36,211 nucleotides of DNA from Candidatus Woesearchaeota archaeon (GTDB lineage Archaea; Nanobdellota; Nanobdellia; SCGC-AAA011-G17; GW2011-AR18): NCBI GenBank assembly GCA_018302765.1, contig JAGVZG010000023.1, forward strand, positions 1 to 36,211, in the 5' to 3' direction. Below, one piece after another: positions 27,554 through 36,211 of this stretch. The notes below the pieces were generated by a model. The model saw only the letters and a program-made list of their open reading frames with translations, had not been told where the DNA came from and did no database searches. The position numbers were made by a program, and so were the translations under genes. Position 1 is the first letter of the stretch, and the number at the start of each line of letters is the position of its first letter.

Positions 27554-27967
27554 TTAATCTTTCTCTTTAAAGAAATAATAAATAAGAATTAAAGATCCAA
27601 TAGTAATAAACAAATCAGCTAAATTAAATACATACCAAAACTTAAAATAAATAAAATCAACAACATAGCCTCTAAAAATCCTATCAATTAAATTACCAAA
27701 AGATCCAGCAAGTATAAAATTAAAAGCCAGGCTGTATGACTTATACTTATCATAGTAATATAATATAAAAACCATAACAAAAAGCATAACAAAAATAAAA
27801 ATTAAATTATTGTTCTTTAAAAGCCCAAATGAAGTTCCTGTGTTTGCAACAAATTTAAAAGAAAAAAAATCAGAAATAAAAATATCTTTACCTAGAAAAT
27901 ATAATTTAGTGATCTGATCAAAAATTACAAGAACTAAAATAAATAAAATACTCTTTAAATATTTCAT
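27554..27967 (-). CDS. lspA: Lipoprotein signal peptidase (signal peptidase II)
   Basis: DQITK, NTGTSFG, GNLIDRI...GYVVDFI, VFNLAD. Confidence 0.93.
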   Translation of the reverse strand: MKYLKSILFILVLVIFDQITKLYFLGKDIFISDFFSFKFVANTGTSFGLLKNNNLIFIFVMLFVMVFILYYYDKYKSYSLAFNFILAGSFGNLIDRIFRGYVVDFIYFKFWYVFNLADLFITIGSLILIYYFFKEKD

Positions 27968-28257
27968 TGACTTTCCTTAGCAATTTTCTCTATAACTTGT
28001 AATCTTCTATCCAAAACCTCTAATTTCTGATTTATTAATTCTAATTTTGTCAGAATTAAATCAGTATCTCTGTTAGCAGTGCTAATTTGAGTAAATTGTG
28101 GCTGTAGATCTGAAGGCTGAGGACTAAACCTTTTACCCAATGTCTCATCGTAATTTTCTACTGAAGGCTCTTCACCAGGTAAGTCACTAGAAGTTGTATC
28201 AAAAGCAGGCTCAAATTCTTCTTTTTTTTTCCCTCTGATAAAATCAAATACACCCAT
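27964..28257 (-). CDS. Hypothetical protein: MGVF...KKK N-terminus, C-terminal coiled coil
   Basis: ATG 28257 preferred; DLILTKLELINQKLEVLDRRLQVIE; coupled to lspA by a 4-nt overlap. Confidence 0.8.
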   Translation of the reverse strand: MGVFDFIRGKKKEEFEPAFDTTSSDLPGEEPSVENYDETLGKRFSPQPSDLQPQFTQISTANRDTDLILTKLELINQKLEVLDRRLQVIEKIAKESQ

Positions 28258-28347
28258 TAAGAACATTATAAACCAAGAAATATAAATACTTTTGTATAAA
28301 CAAAAATAAAAAGAAAGGTTTAAAATCAACCGCAAGCTAAATATATT

Positions 28348-29832
28348 ATGGTTGGAAAAGAGGTTCTAACTTTAGACGAGATAAAAAAAGGTCTGAAGGA
28401 TGCAAAAGATAAAAGAGAATATCTAAAAGAATTTATTCAAGATGAATCTTATCAAGACAAAAAGAAAGAAATAACAAAAGAACTGGCTTCTGCAATTTTA
28501 AGCAGCCCAAAGCCAAGTTACAATTTAATCTATGATTCTCTAAATGAAGGTCTTGAACCAATATACTTCTGGATTGTAGACACAATGCAAGATACGCCCC
28601 CTGTTGGTCTTGGATTGAAAGTTTGGAAAGGTTCTGAAGAATTTGAAGCATCTGTAAGTTCAGGTTATTTTGGAGAGATGGGACAAAGAACAACATTAAT
28701 GCAACAAAAAGCAATGGAATATCTTGGAACATTGAATAATATAATTAAAAGTGTTCTAAATCTAATTTATGACTTAAAAGAATTTGAAATAAAATTAAAG
28801 CCATATGATGAAATTAGAGATGAAAACTTAAGCCAAGAAAAGAAAAAAGCAGCTTTATATGCTATTAAAGGAGTTTGGATGGATCAGGTTGATGCTAAAA
28901 AAGGCCGTGGTAGTATAAACTTATTAACACAGGATCTGCAATTTGTAACTTTAAGAGATGCATTCTTCGTAATAGACAAGCCTGAAGACGTTGACAAAAA
29001 AGAAGTTGACTTAAACGACAGGGTGAAAAGGCTTCTAAAAATAAAACTTGAAGAATTTGCTGTGTGGAAAGAATATAGTGAGAAAGAAATAAGAAAAAGA
29101 TATGAAATAGAAAAGACATATCTAAAATCTCAAGTTGGAACTCTGCAGTTATATGCCAAATGGCTAAAACCATATTTAATAGCAGCACAAAAACTAAAAA
29201 TGCGTAATCCATCTGGCACAGGTCTTGCAAATCCTAACATAATAAATGCATTCAGCAATATGGAAATAGAAATAAAAATTTATGGAAAAAAGGAGCTTAC
29301 TCCTGCATCAATTCATCCGTCATTTGCAGATATAACTATAGATACAAAATACTATGCATTAACAGAAGTTATAATGAAATTCAGAAGTGTACCTTCAGCA
29401 TTATCAGGGCAAGGTGGAAGGCAGTATGTGCATGCAGGCCGTACAGAAATCTTGTTTAATAGTTATGGAGTAGATCAAACAGAATTAGAATCTATAGAGT
29501 CACTGGAATTATATGAAGATCTTGAAATTGTTGACGAATACATTGGAACTAGCCTAAAGCAATTACAGGAAGAAATAGAAAAATACCTAAAAGAACCAGA
29601 AAAGGAAGAAAAGAAGAAAAAACTACAGCCAGTAATAGAAAATCCCTTCAAAGGTTTGTTTGCAGGCTTTCTAGAAATATATAAGCCAATAGTTGAAACA
29701 TTTACATCAAAGAAAAAAGGCCCAAGTGTTGCTTATGAAGAATTGTCTAAATTAGCTCAAAAAACTGCAGCAAGTCAAACATACATAATATATAATATCT
29801 ACAAAAAAACACATGGTATGATAGGATTATAA
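28348..29832 (+). CDS. Large uncharacterized protein
   Basis: 494 aa; EPIYFWIVD, KGVWMDQVD, WLKPYL blocks; no family recognised. Confidence 0.9.
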   Translation: MVGKEVLTLDEIKKGLKDAKDKREYLKEFIQDESYQDKKKEITKELASAILSSPKPSYNLIYDSLNEGLEPIYFWIVDTMQDTPPVGLGLKVWKGSEEFEASVSSGYFGEMGQRTTLMQQKAMEYLGTLNNIIKSVLNLIYDLKEFEIKLKPYDEIRDENLSQEKKKAALYAIKGVWMDQVDAKKGRGSINLLTQDLQFVTLRDAFFVIDKPEDVDKKEVDLNDRVKRLLKIKLEEFAVWKEYSEKEIRKRYEIEKTYLKSQVGTLQLYAKWLKPYLIAAQKLKMRNPSGTGLANPNIINAFSNMEIEIKIYGKKELTPASIHPSFADITIDTKYYALTEVIMKFRSVPSALSGQGGRQYVHAGRTEILFNSYGVDQTELESIESLELYEDLEIVDEYIGTSLKQLQEEIEKYLKEPEKEEKKKKLQPVIENPFKGLFAGFLEIYKPIVETFTSKKKGPSVAYEELSKLAQKTAASQTYIIYNIYKKTHGMIGL

Positions 29833-29886
29833 AACATTTTAAGCAATTAGAAAGGTATAAAAATATTAATAAAAATAATATGTACT

Positions 29887-31872
29887 ATGGCAGGATTCTA
29901 TAAAAGCTACAGTAGTTCAATGGAGCCTCATGCAACAAGCCACAACTGGTCTCTAGGTGCTCCAACTAATCCAATGGTGGCTAGGCAGCTAGAAGAATTC
30001 AGCAAGTTGCTAAACCAAGGTATAAAAAATATTGAAGTTGGTACGATAAGTACTGACAAATTTGAACAAATCCCACAGCAGCATTTTGAAGAGGTTAGAA
30101 GGCTGGCAAAAATAACAGACGCTAAAGTATCTGTTCATGCTCCTCTAATAGACCTAGCAGGATTTCCAGGACAAGAAGGAGGAAGATGGAGAGAAGAACA
30201 AAGGCAGAGTACAGAACAGCAGGTTTTCTCTATATTGGAAAGGTCTCATAAATTAAGCAATGGAGAGAATGTTCCAGTAGTATTTCATGCAGGAAACACA
30301 TTCAGCCAGGAATACGGAATTCCATACGATGAAAAAAAACATCCTGAAGGTTTATACAAAGAAGAACCAATAATAGAAAATGGAAAAATAGTTGGCAAAA
30401 AGAAAATACCAATAAAAGAAAGACTAATAGTTGCAATAAACCAAGAAACAGGAGAGATAGCCCCGCTTCAATATGAAAAGAAAAATTACATAGGAAAAGG
30501 TGAAGAAGTATGGGATCCAGAAAAAAGACTTGAAAGCTTAAATCAAACACAGTGGGACCAGGAAAAGAAAAAACTTCTGGAATACCAAAAAGAAATTGAA
30601 GACCTGAAAGAAAAAATGATAGTAAAAATGAAGCAAAATGAGGCTATAGGAAAAACAGGTTTAGAAGCAAATCCAGAATACAAAAAGGTAGCAGAAGATA
30701 ACACTTTGGATATTCTTAGAATGAATAGACATATAGATGAAATAAACAAATTGCTGGGAAGTGAATACCACAATGTTTACAACAAATTCGTAAAGTTCGC
30801 AAAATTTGAATCTCCTGAAGAAAAGAAAAAAATAAACGAATATTTAAAAAAATTGGATGAGAATTACAATGAAACAAACAAGAAAATAATGCAGAAAAAC
30901 AAAGAATTATACTTATTGGATGAAATGAGTAAAAAAACAGAAGACTACGAAGAAAAAGCAAGATTGGAAAAAGAAAGGGAAAAAGCAGCATTAGACTTAT
31001 TTAATCTAACACAATTTCAATCAAAACAGGTTGTTACAGCACTTGCGCCATTAGAAACACCAGAAATATGGGAGCCTGTTGGTAAATTTGCCATAGAAAA
31101 AACAGCTGAAACTGTAGCAGGAGCTGTAGCCAAGCTTTATGAAAAACTTAAAAAAAGTGGCAAAGAAAAAGAAACCCCGTTCATAGCTCTAGAAAATTTC
31201 TTTGTTCATACTCCAATGTCAACAGCAGAGGATCTTAGAAAAGCAGTAATGGAAAGCAGAAAAAAATTATCTAAAGAACTAATGGATAGATGCAAGCTAT
31301 CAGAAAAACAAGCAGATAATGAAGCGGAAAGACTAATAGGTGCAACATGGGATGTAGGCCACATAAATAATCTAAGAAAAGCAGGCTATGAAGGTGAAGA
31401 ACTAAAACAAAAGATGATAGAAGAAGCAAAAAAAATAGCAGATGTAACAAAACATGTCCATATAACAGATAACTTTGGCTTTTTCGATAGTCACCTTCCG
31501 CCAGGAATGGGAAATGTTCCTATTAAAGAAATAATGGAACAACTAGAAAAAAAGTGGGCAGAGCAATATGAGGCAGGAAGACTTCATCAAAAACCAAGAG
31601 GTATAGTAGAAGCAGGTGGTTTTGTAGCTGAAATAGGTCAAAATCCTACTTTAGGAATCATGGAATATTTTGGCAGTCCGCTCTACAAAATGTCTCCAAG
31701 CCCTTATTGGAAGGACATATCGCAGGGCTACCCTAAATATATGGAATCATTTATAGAATTCCCATCACAGCACTTTAACTTGTATGGAAGCAGTTTCACA
31801 ACGCTGCCAAAAGCTGTAGGCGGACAAGTTGGCAGTGAACAGTCTAGATTCAGCGGAACTCCAAATCAATAA
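29887..31872 (+). CDS. Xylose-isomerase-like/AP-endonuclease-2 TIM-barrel protein with long coiled-coil insertion
   Basis: SVHAP, VVFHAG, ALEN, TWDVGHIN, HVHITDNFG..DSHLPPGMGNVP metal-binding motifs. Confidence 0.8.
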   Translation: MAGFYKSYSSSMEPHATSHNWSLGAPTNPMVARQLEEFSKLLNQGIKNIEVGTISTDKFEQIPQQHFEEVRRLAKITDAKVSVHAPLIDLAGFPGQEGGRWREEQRQSTEQQVFSILERSHKLSNGENVPVVFHAGNTFSQEYGIPYDEKKHPEGLYKEEPIIENGKIVGKKKIPIKERLIVAINQETGEIAPLQYEKKNYIGKGEEVWDPEKRLESLNQTQWDQEKKKLLEYQKEIEDLKEKMIVKMKQNEAIGKTGLEANPEYKKVAEDNTLDILRMNRHIDEINKLLGSEYHNVYNKFVKFAKFESPEEKKKINEYLKKLDENYNETNKKIMQKNKELYLLDEMSKKTEDYEEKARLEKEREKAALDLFNLTQFQSKQVVTALAPLETPEIWEPVGKFAIEKTAETVAGAVAKLYEKLKKSGKEKETPFIALENFFVHTPMSTAEDLRKAVMESRKKLSKELMDRCKLSEKQADNEAERLIGATWDVGHINNLRKAGYEGEELKQKMIEEAKKIADVTKHVHITDNFGFFDSHLPPGMGNVPIKEIMEQLEKKWAEQYEAGRLHQKPRGIVEAGGFVAEIGQNPTLGIMEYFGSPLYKMSPSPYWKDISQGYPKYMESFIEFPSQHFNLYGSSFTTLPKAVGGQVGSEQSRFSGTPNQ

Positions 31873-31976
31873 TTTATTTCTTTTCCTTAATAAAAAACTA
31901 ATATTTTAAATTTCAGTACAACATTTCTTCAATTTTCTGGCAAAAGATTTATAAAAGCTGGTTTTATCCAAGAACT

Positions 31977-32414
31977 ATGGGCAACAAAAGTAATGGTCTG
32001 ATGGCTGGAAAAAAACTCAAAGATAGAAGAAAAAAAGCTAGATGGCACAATAAATGGTTTATTAAAAAAGCACTAAAACTAAAAGAAAAAGCAGATCCGC
32101 TTCAAGGGGCCCATCAAGCTAAAGGAATTGTTTTAGAAAAAAGACAAATTGAGGCAAAACAGCCAAATTCTGCTATGAGAAAAGCCTGTGTAGTCCAGCT
32201 TTTAAAAAATGGAAAACAAATTACTGTGTTTATACCTGGAGACAATGCTCAAAGATTTATTAATGAACATGATGAAGTAATTATAGAATGCATTGGTGGA
32301 AAAATGGGAAGAGCGAAAGGAGACCTTCCTTGTGTTAGATGGCAGGTAATAAAAGTTAATGATCAAAGCCTTGATGCTTTACTTAAAGGTAAGATAGAAA
32401 AAGGTAGAAGATAA
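31977..32414 (+). CDS. rps12: 30S ribosomal protein S12 (uS12)
   Basis: QAKGIVLEK...[11 protein letters not shown]...VQLLKNGK. Confidence 0.97.
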   Translation: MGNKSNGLMAGKKLKDRRKKARWHNKWFIKKALKLKEKADPLQGAHQAKGIVLEKRQIEAKQPNSAMRKACVVQLLKNGKQITVFIPGDNAQRFINEHDEVIIECIGGKMGRAKGDLPCVRWQVIKVNDQSLDALLKGKIEKGRR

Positions 32415-32454
32415 AACAGAAATCTTTATATTTTCATTTCTAACTAAAAATGAT

Positions 32455-33159
32455 ATGAAAAAGAGCTTACTTTTAATTATGTCTTTTATTTTAGTCCTTG
32501 TATTATATGCATGTACAACGTCTAAGCCACAACAAGTTACTGTCAAAGAAAATGTAAGCGAGGTAAAAGTTGTGGCTTCTTGTAATGATGACAATCCATG
32601 CACAGAAGACCTATTCAATCAATTAACTCAAGAATGTGAACACAAAAGGCTAAATTATTGCTGCGGTGATAGGACATGCGACGCCAATGAAAGATGTGAT
32701 CAGGCAAAACACAAAACAGTATGTCCTGAAGATTGCCCAAGAGAATGTCCTGGAGAATTGGCTCTAAGCAATTTAGAATGTTCAGGAAAATGCATAAAGT
32801 CTGAAGATAAGTATATTGTCGATGGTGACACAAAATTTACATTGCAAGTTCAGAATATAGGAGAATTAAGTATAAATGATGTAACGTCAATTTTCAGATG
32901 CACAAAAGAAAATGGAAATATATTTGTGTCGACAACCACAGCAAAAACAAAATCTGGAGTGTCGTTCAAAGACTATTTTAATAATGAAGAAAAGAAAATA
33001 TCATTGACAGGAATACCTTATGGAAAAGACAAGGCAAAATACACACTAGAAATAACAGGTAATCCTGAAGAAGATGTTACAATGAAATGCACTATTAATG
33101 CAGTTTCTATAAAAGGATCAGCATCGCAAGAATTTAATTTAAAACTTGTAAAAATATAG
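32455..33159 (+). CDS. Cys-rich putative lipoprotein
   Basis: Lipobox-like LYAC (Cys20); CNDDNPCTED...CCGDRTCDANE...CPEDCP. Confidence 0.8.
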   Translation: MKKSLLLIMSFILVLVLYACTTSKPQQVTVKENVSEVKVVASCNDDNPCTEDLFNQLTQECEHKRLNYCCGDRTCDANERCDQAKHKTVCPEDCPRECPGELALSNLECSGKCIKSEDKYIVDGDTKFTLQVQNIGELSINDVTSIFRCTKENGNIFVSTTTAKTKSGVSFKDYFNNEEKKISLTGIPYGKDKAKYTLEITGNPEEDVTMKCTINAVSIKGSASQEFNLKLVKI

Positions 33160-33198
33160 TAGTAAGTTTTATAAACTATTTCTATTGTCAGGTAACAT

Positions 33199-33798
33199 AT
33201 GACTGAATTAAAGTGGTTTAACAAGTGGGACACAAAAGAAGTATCTGTTGAAGATCTGGGTTTAAAAAGATACATTGATCTCAAGCCTGTCCTTGTGCCT
33301 AGAAATTTTGGAAGAAATTCAAATCAGAGATTTGCCAAAAGTAAATCAACAATAATTGAAAGGCTAATGAACAAAGTTATGGTTGCAGGCCATAAAGGCA
33401 AGAAACATTATAGGACAAGTGGTCATACGACAGGAAAAGGATTTCATGTTTACAACACAATAAAAGAGTGTTTAACATTAATTGAAAGAGAAACAAAACA
33501 AAATCCAGTAAAGATATTCATCAAAGCTTTGGAAAATGCAGCACCAAGAGAAGAAATAACAACAATAGAATATGGTGGTGCAAGATATCCTCAAGCAGTT
33601 GACTGTGCCCCACAAAGAAGAATTGACATAGCACTAAGGCAGTTTACTCAAGGTGCTTACAATAAAAGCTTTGGTAAAAAGAAAGGCATAGCAAATGCAT
33701 TGGCTGAAGAAATAATAAAAGCTTATAATCTGGATCAGAGCAGCCAAGCCATATCAAAAAAATTAGAGTTAGAAAGACAAGCAGATTCTAGCAGATAA
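33199..33798 (+). CDS. rps7: 30S ribosomal protein S7 (uS7)
   Basis: IIERLMNKVM, ENAAPREE...GGARYPQAVDCAPQRRIDIALR, KKLELERQADSSR. Confidence 0.97.
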   Translation: MTELKWFNKWDTKEVSVEDLGLKRYIDLKPVLVPRNFGRNSNQRFAKSKSTIIERLMNKVMVAGHKGKKHYRTSGHTTGKGFHVYNTIKECLTLIERETKQNPVKIFIKALENAAPREEITTIEYGGARYPQAVDCAPQRRIDIALRQFTQGAYNKSFGKKKGIANALAEEIIKAYNLDQSSQAISKKLELERQADSSR

Positions 33799-33799
33799 A

Positions 33800-34362
33800 T
33801 TATTTTTCAATGTAGTCCAATTCTACAAAATATCTTTTGTTTTTACCAGCTAGATGATTAATATATTTGACAAAACTTTTTGTATTTTTATTGACCTTAA
33901 TAATAGTAACAGCATTTCTAACAGGATTAATTCTTAATATTTCTTCACCATTCTGAACAAAAGAGCTATATCCATTAGCGTCATAATTCCATGTCTTTGT
34001 AAACTCAACAATAACTTTCACATTACAATTTTCCTTTAGACTATCATTCAACAAACCATAATTTCCATGGCAAAAACAAAATAGCCTAGAAGATTTCAGT
34101 TTCAATTTATAATTAAATAAACCAGATACAAACTTTCCAAACAAATCAATAAAATTTTTATCATTTAAATCAGAGAAATTATAAAAGTATAACTCAGGCT
34201 TATATCTTTCCTTAAATGTATAAATAATTTATTAACAAAACTTTCATTAAAAAAGTTACTTAAAACCAGATAAGGAAACGGCTTGGCATGAATAAACTTT
34301 AACTTTAATGACTTAATAGAGCTCTTTGATAAATATTTTTTATTTATATAGGCATCAAGCAT
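33800..34362 (-). pseudogene. Frameshifted Tpa1/OGFOD1-like (2OG-Fe(II) oxygenase fold) gene; joins track ORFs 34165..34362 and 33800..34144
   Basis: N-part INKKYL...AKPFPYLVLSNFF; one missing base near 34200 (GATATAAGCCT) would join it to KPELYFYNF...GNYGLLND...RINPVRN...SFVKYINH; span 563 nt = 3n+2. Confidence 0.6.
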
Positions 34363-34495
34363 GATATTCTTGATTTATCTAGAATTTATATCTCTTCCTT
34401 ATCTAGCTATTAACAAAAAATATCATCAAAAAAGAAATAACTACAAAGTAGTATCAATTAAATAATTTTATAAATTTTCTCTGTATATCATATTT

Positions 34496-34852
34496 ATGAA
34501 AAATCCATTTAGATACATTGCATATTTAATATTATCAAGATTTTTTAAAGAAGTAAGAGAAGAATACGAAACAGTTATAGTAAAAGGAAAGCTAGAAAGC
34601 TTTAAAAAAATTTCTGGTCTAGAAGCTAGATTAACGGTAAAAGCACAAAATGGAAGGCACATTGATATTACTGCAAAAGTATTGGATGAATTAAAAGTTG
34701 GAGGAGAAGTAATAATGGTATATAAAAAAACCATACAAACAACATATGAAGTGACTTATGATGACTTCAAAGAAAAACAAAAAGTGCCAGGAAGTGAAAG
34801 ATCATTAGGTTATACTCCAGATTATGTTTATGGAGTACAAAAAAAATCCTAG
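34496..34852 (+). CDS. Hypothetical protein
   Basis: 118 aa ORF, ATG start. Confidence 0.7.
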   Translation: MKNPFRYIAYLILSRFFKEVREEYETVIVKGKLESFKKISGLEARLTVKAQNGRHIDITAKVLDELKVGGEVIMVYKKTIQTTYEVTYDDFKEKQKVPGSERSLGYTPDYVYGVQKKS

Positions 34853-35439
34853 TTAATATTATTAAATCTCGCTTCAACAACTTCCCAGTCAACAGCATCC
34901 ATAAATACTTTTATGTAATCTGCTTTTTTTATTCCATAATCCAACATATAAGCATGCTCAAATATATCCATAACCAATAAAGGAATACATCCTGATAAAT
35001 GCCCAGCATCGTGTTCATTTATCCAAACATTAAATAATTTCTTATTCAAGGGATCATAATACATTACAACCCAGCCTATTCCCCTCATTGAACCTGAAGC
35101 TATAAAATCAGTTTTAAAACCATCTACAGACCCAAAATCAGCAACTGCTTTTTTACAAATTAAGTAATTAGAATTTAGCTCTTTATTTTTCTTGCTCATA
35201 TTTCCAAAATAAAGTTCATGCAACCTCATACCATTAAATTCCCATCCAAATCTTCTCTTCAATTCTGCAAATTCAGGCGTTCCAGTCTTACCTTCCTTAA
35301 TCATTAACAACAAAGTATCAGATAATTTATTAGTATTAGTAATATAGCCTTGATATAGAATAAAATGATTTTTTAATAACTGATCACTAAATCCTTGCGT
35401 TCCCAATAAATGATCAAAATTTTTTGCTTCATAAATCAT
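34849..35439 (-). CDS. sod: Fe/Mn superoxide dismutase
   Basis: LKNHFILY, NGMRLHELYF, GIGW, MDIFEHAYMLDY ligands; AGGAGG upstream. Confidence 0.95.
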   Translation of the reverse strand: MIYEAKNFDHLLGTQGFSDQLLKNHFILYQGYITNTNKLSDTLLLMIKEGKTGTPEFAELKRRFGWEFNGMRLHELYFGNMSKKNKELNSNYLICKKAVADFGSVDGFKTDFIASGSMRGIGWVVMYYDPLNKKLFNVWINEHDAGHLSGCIPLLVMDIFEHAYMLDYGIKKADYIKVFMDAVDWEVVEARFNNIN

Positions 35440-35448
35440 TTTTGCCTC

Positions 35449-36012
35449 CTATATTTTACCAACTAAATCAAGACCAGGCTTGAGAACTTTCTTTCCTGGC
35501 TCCCAGCTTACAGGACAAACAAGTCCTTTATTTTCCCTTACAAACTTAGCAGCCTGTAATTTTCTTAATATTTCTTTCGTGCTCCTTCCGATGCTGTTAT
35601 CATGTATATCCATAGCTTTCAAAATACCATCTGGATCTATAATAAAAGTTCCACGCAATGACAAACCTTCATCCTCAATATAAGTTCCAAACTCTCTACA
35701 AACTTTACCTGTTGGATCAGCCAACATTGGATATTTTATTTTCTTAATTGCAGGTGAATGATCATGCCACGCCTTATGCACAAAAACAGTGTCAGTGCTT
35801 ATACTTAGTATCTCAGCGCCAAGTTTCCTAAACTCTTCATAATGCATAGCAGCTTCTTCTAGTTCAGTAGGACAAATAAATGTAAAATCTGCAGGATAAA
35901 ATAACAACACAATCCACTTTCCCTTCAGAGCAGATAATTTTACTATCTTTTCCTTCTCATTGTGGAATGCTTTTAACTCAAAATCCAAAACTTTTTCTCC
36001 AATCTTAACCAT
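35449..36012 (-). CDS. ahpC: 2-Cys peroxiredoxin (AhpC)
   Basis: FYPADFTFICPTEL (peroxidatic Cys), RGTFIIDP, VCPVSW (resolving Cys); ATG 36012. Confidence 0.95.
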   Translation of the reverse strand: MVKIGEKVLDFELKAFHNEKEKIVKLSALKGKWIVLLFYPADFTFICPTELEEAAMHYEEFRKLGAEILSISTDTVFVHKAWHDHSPAIKKIKYPMLADPTGKVCREFGTYIEDEGLSLRGTFIIDPDGILKAMDIHDNSIGRSTKEILRKLQAAKFVRENKGLVCPVSWEPGKKVLKPGLDLVGKI

Positions 36013-36126
36013 TTTAAATCTCAAATATAATTATAATTTTCATATTTTTATACTTTATTGTTCTAAAGCATATACCAAAATAGAACTTATTTCTTAATTC
36101 CTAATGTTCTAAAAAGTAAACTAATT

Positions 36127-36192
36127 CCGAGCCTATCCCATCGTTCGCGAATACGCTCACTTCACAGCAAGCTGTGGGGCATTACGGCTCGG
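36127..36192. other. 66-nt GC-rich branched hairpin element (REP/MITE-like or ncRNA)
   Basis: CCGAGCC/GGCTCGG closing stem, internal TTCGCGAA palindrome and CACAGC/GCTGTG hairpin; 39/66 GC in an AT-rich intergenic region. Confidence 0.55.
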
Positions 36193-36211
36193 TAAAATTG
36201 ACTAATTTCAA

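Noticed and set aside
32321-32345. uS12 reads GDLPCVRW where GD(I/L)PGVR is usual
   Set aside because: Single-base difference (TGT vs GGT); cannot separate lineage variation from error without reads or homologues.
34165-34225. Possible intron at the Tpa1-like frameshift
   Set aside because: No BHB found by eye; one missing A explains the shift.
1158-35683. Numerous antisense shadow ORFs in the track (e.g. 1158..1526, 4487..4783, 8991..9335, 12792..13058, 28433..28732, 30302..30991, 35480..35683)
   Set aside because: They lie opposite well-supported genes and show the Phe/Leu/Ser/Ile bias expected from the reverse strand of A-rich coding DNA.

Overview
AT-rich archaeal chromosomal segment. 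The gene set points to a DPANN archaeon of Woesearchaeota/Pacearchaeota type (inference): aIF2-gamma, TFE, L15e, S12/S7, histone, Nop5/fibrillarin, several TrmB regulators, LspA and many conserved-looking unknowns. The main finding is in the aIF2-gamma gene (16236..17504, minus). A 30-nt insertion (17402..17431) with an in-frame TAA splits the His codon of the G1 motif GHVDHGKT. The insertion sits in a bulge-helix-bulge (BHB) motif, and cutting at the canonical endonuclease sites restores GGA-CAC-GTA exactly. It is therefore a candidate tRNA-type intron in the mRNA of an essential translation factor. All four tRNA genes in the window also carry BHB-type introns: Ile-UAU, Glu-UUC, Arg-UCG (intron in the T-loop) and Arg-ACG. 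Two anticodons, UAU and ACG, are atypical for archaea. Other features: a decayed island beside the tRNA-Ile/Glu pair (truncated integrase plus truncated type IIG restriction-modification gene), a TrmB/isochorismatase/PEP-utilizer cassette, a nucleotidyltransferase with a premature stop, a frameshifted Tpa1/OGFOD1-like gene near rps12, three tandem paralogues of unknown function, two small ORFs missing from the track, and a GC-rich structured element at the right end. No CRISPR array or rRNA was seen. All family assignments come from motif recognition by eye; no database search was run.
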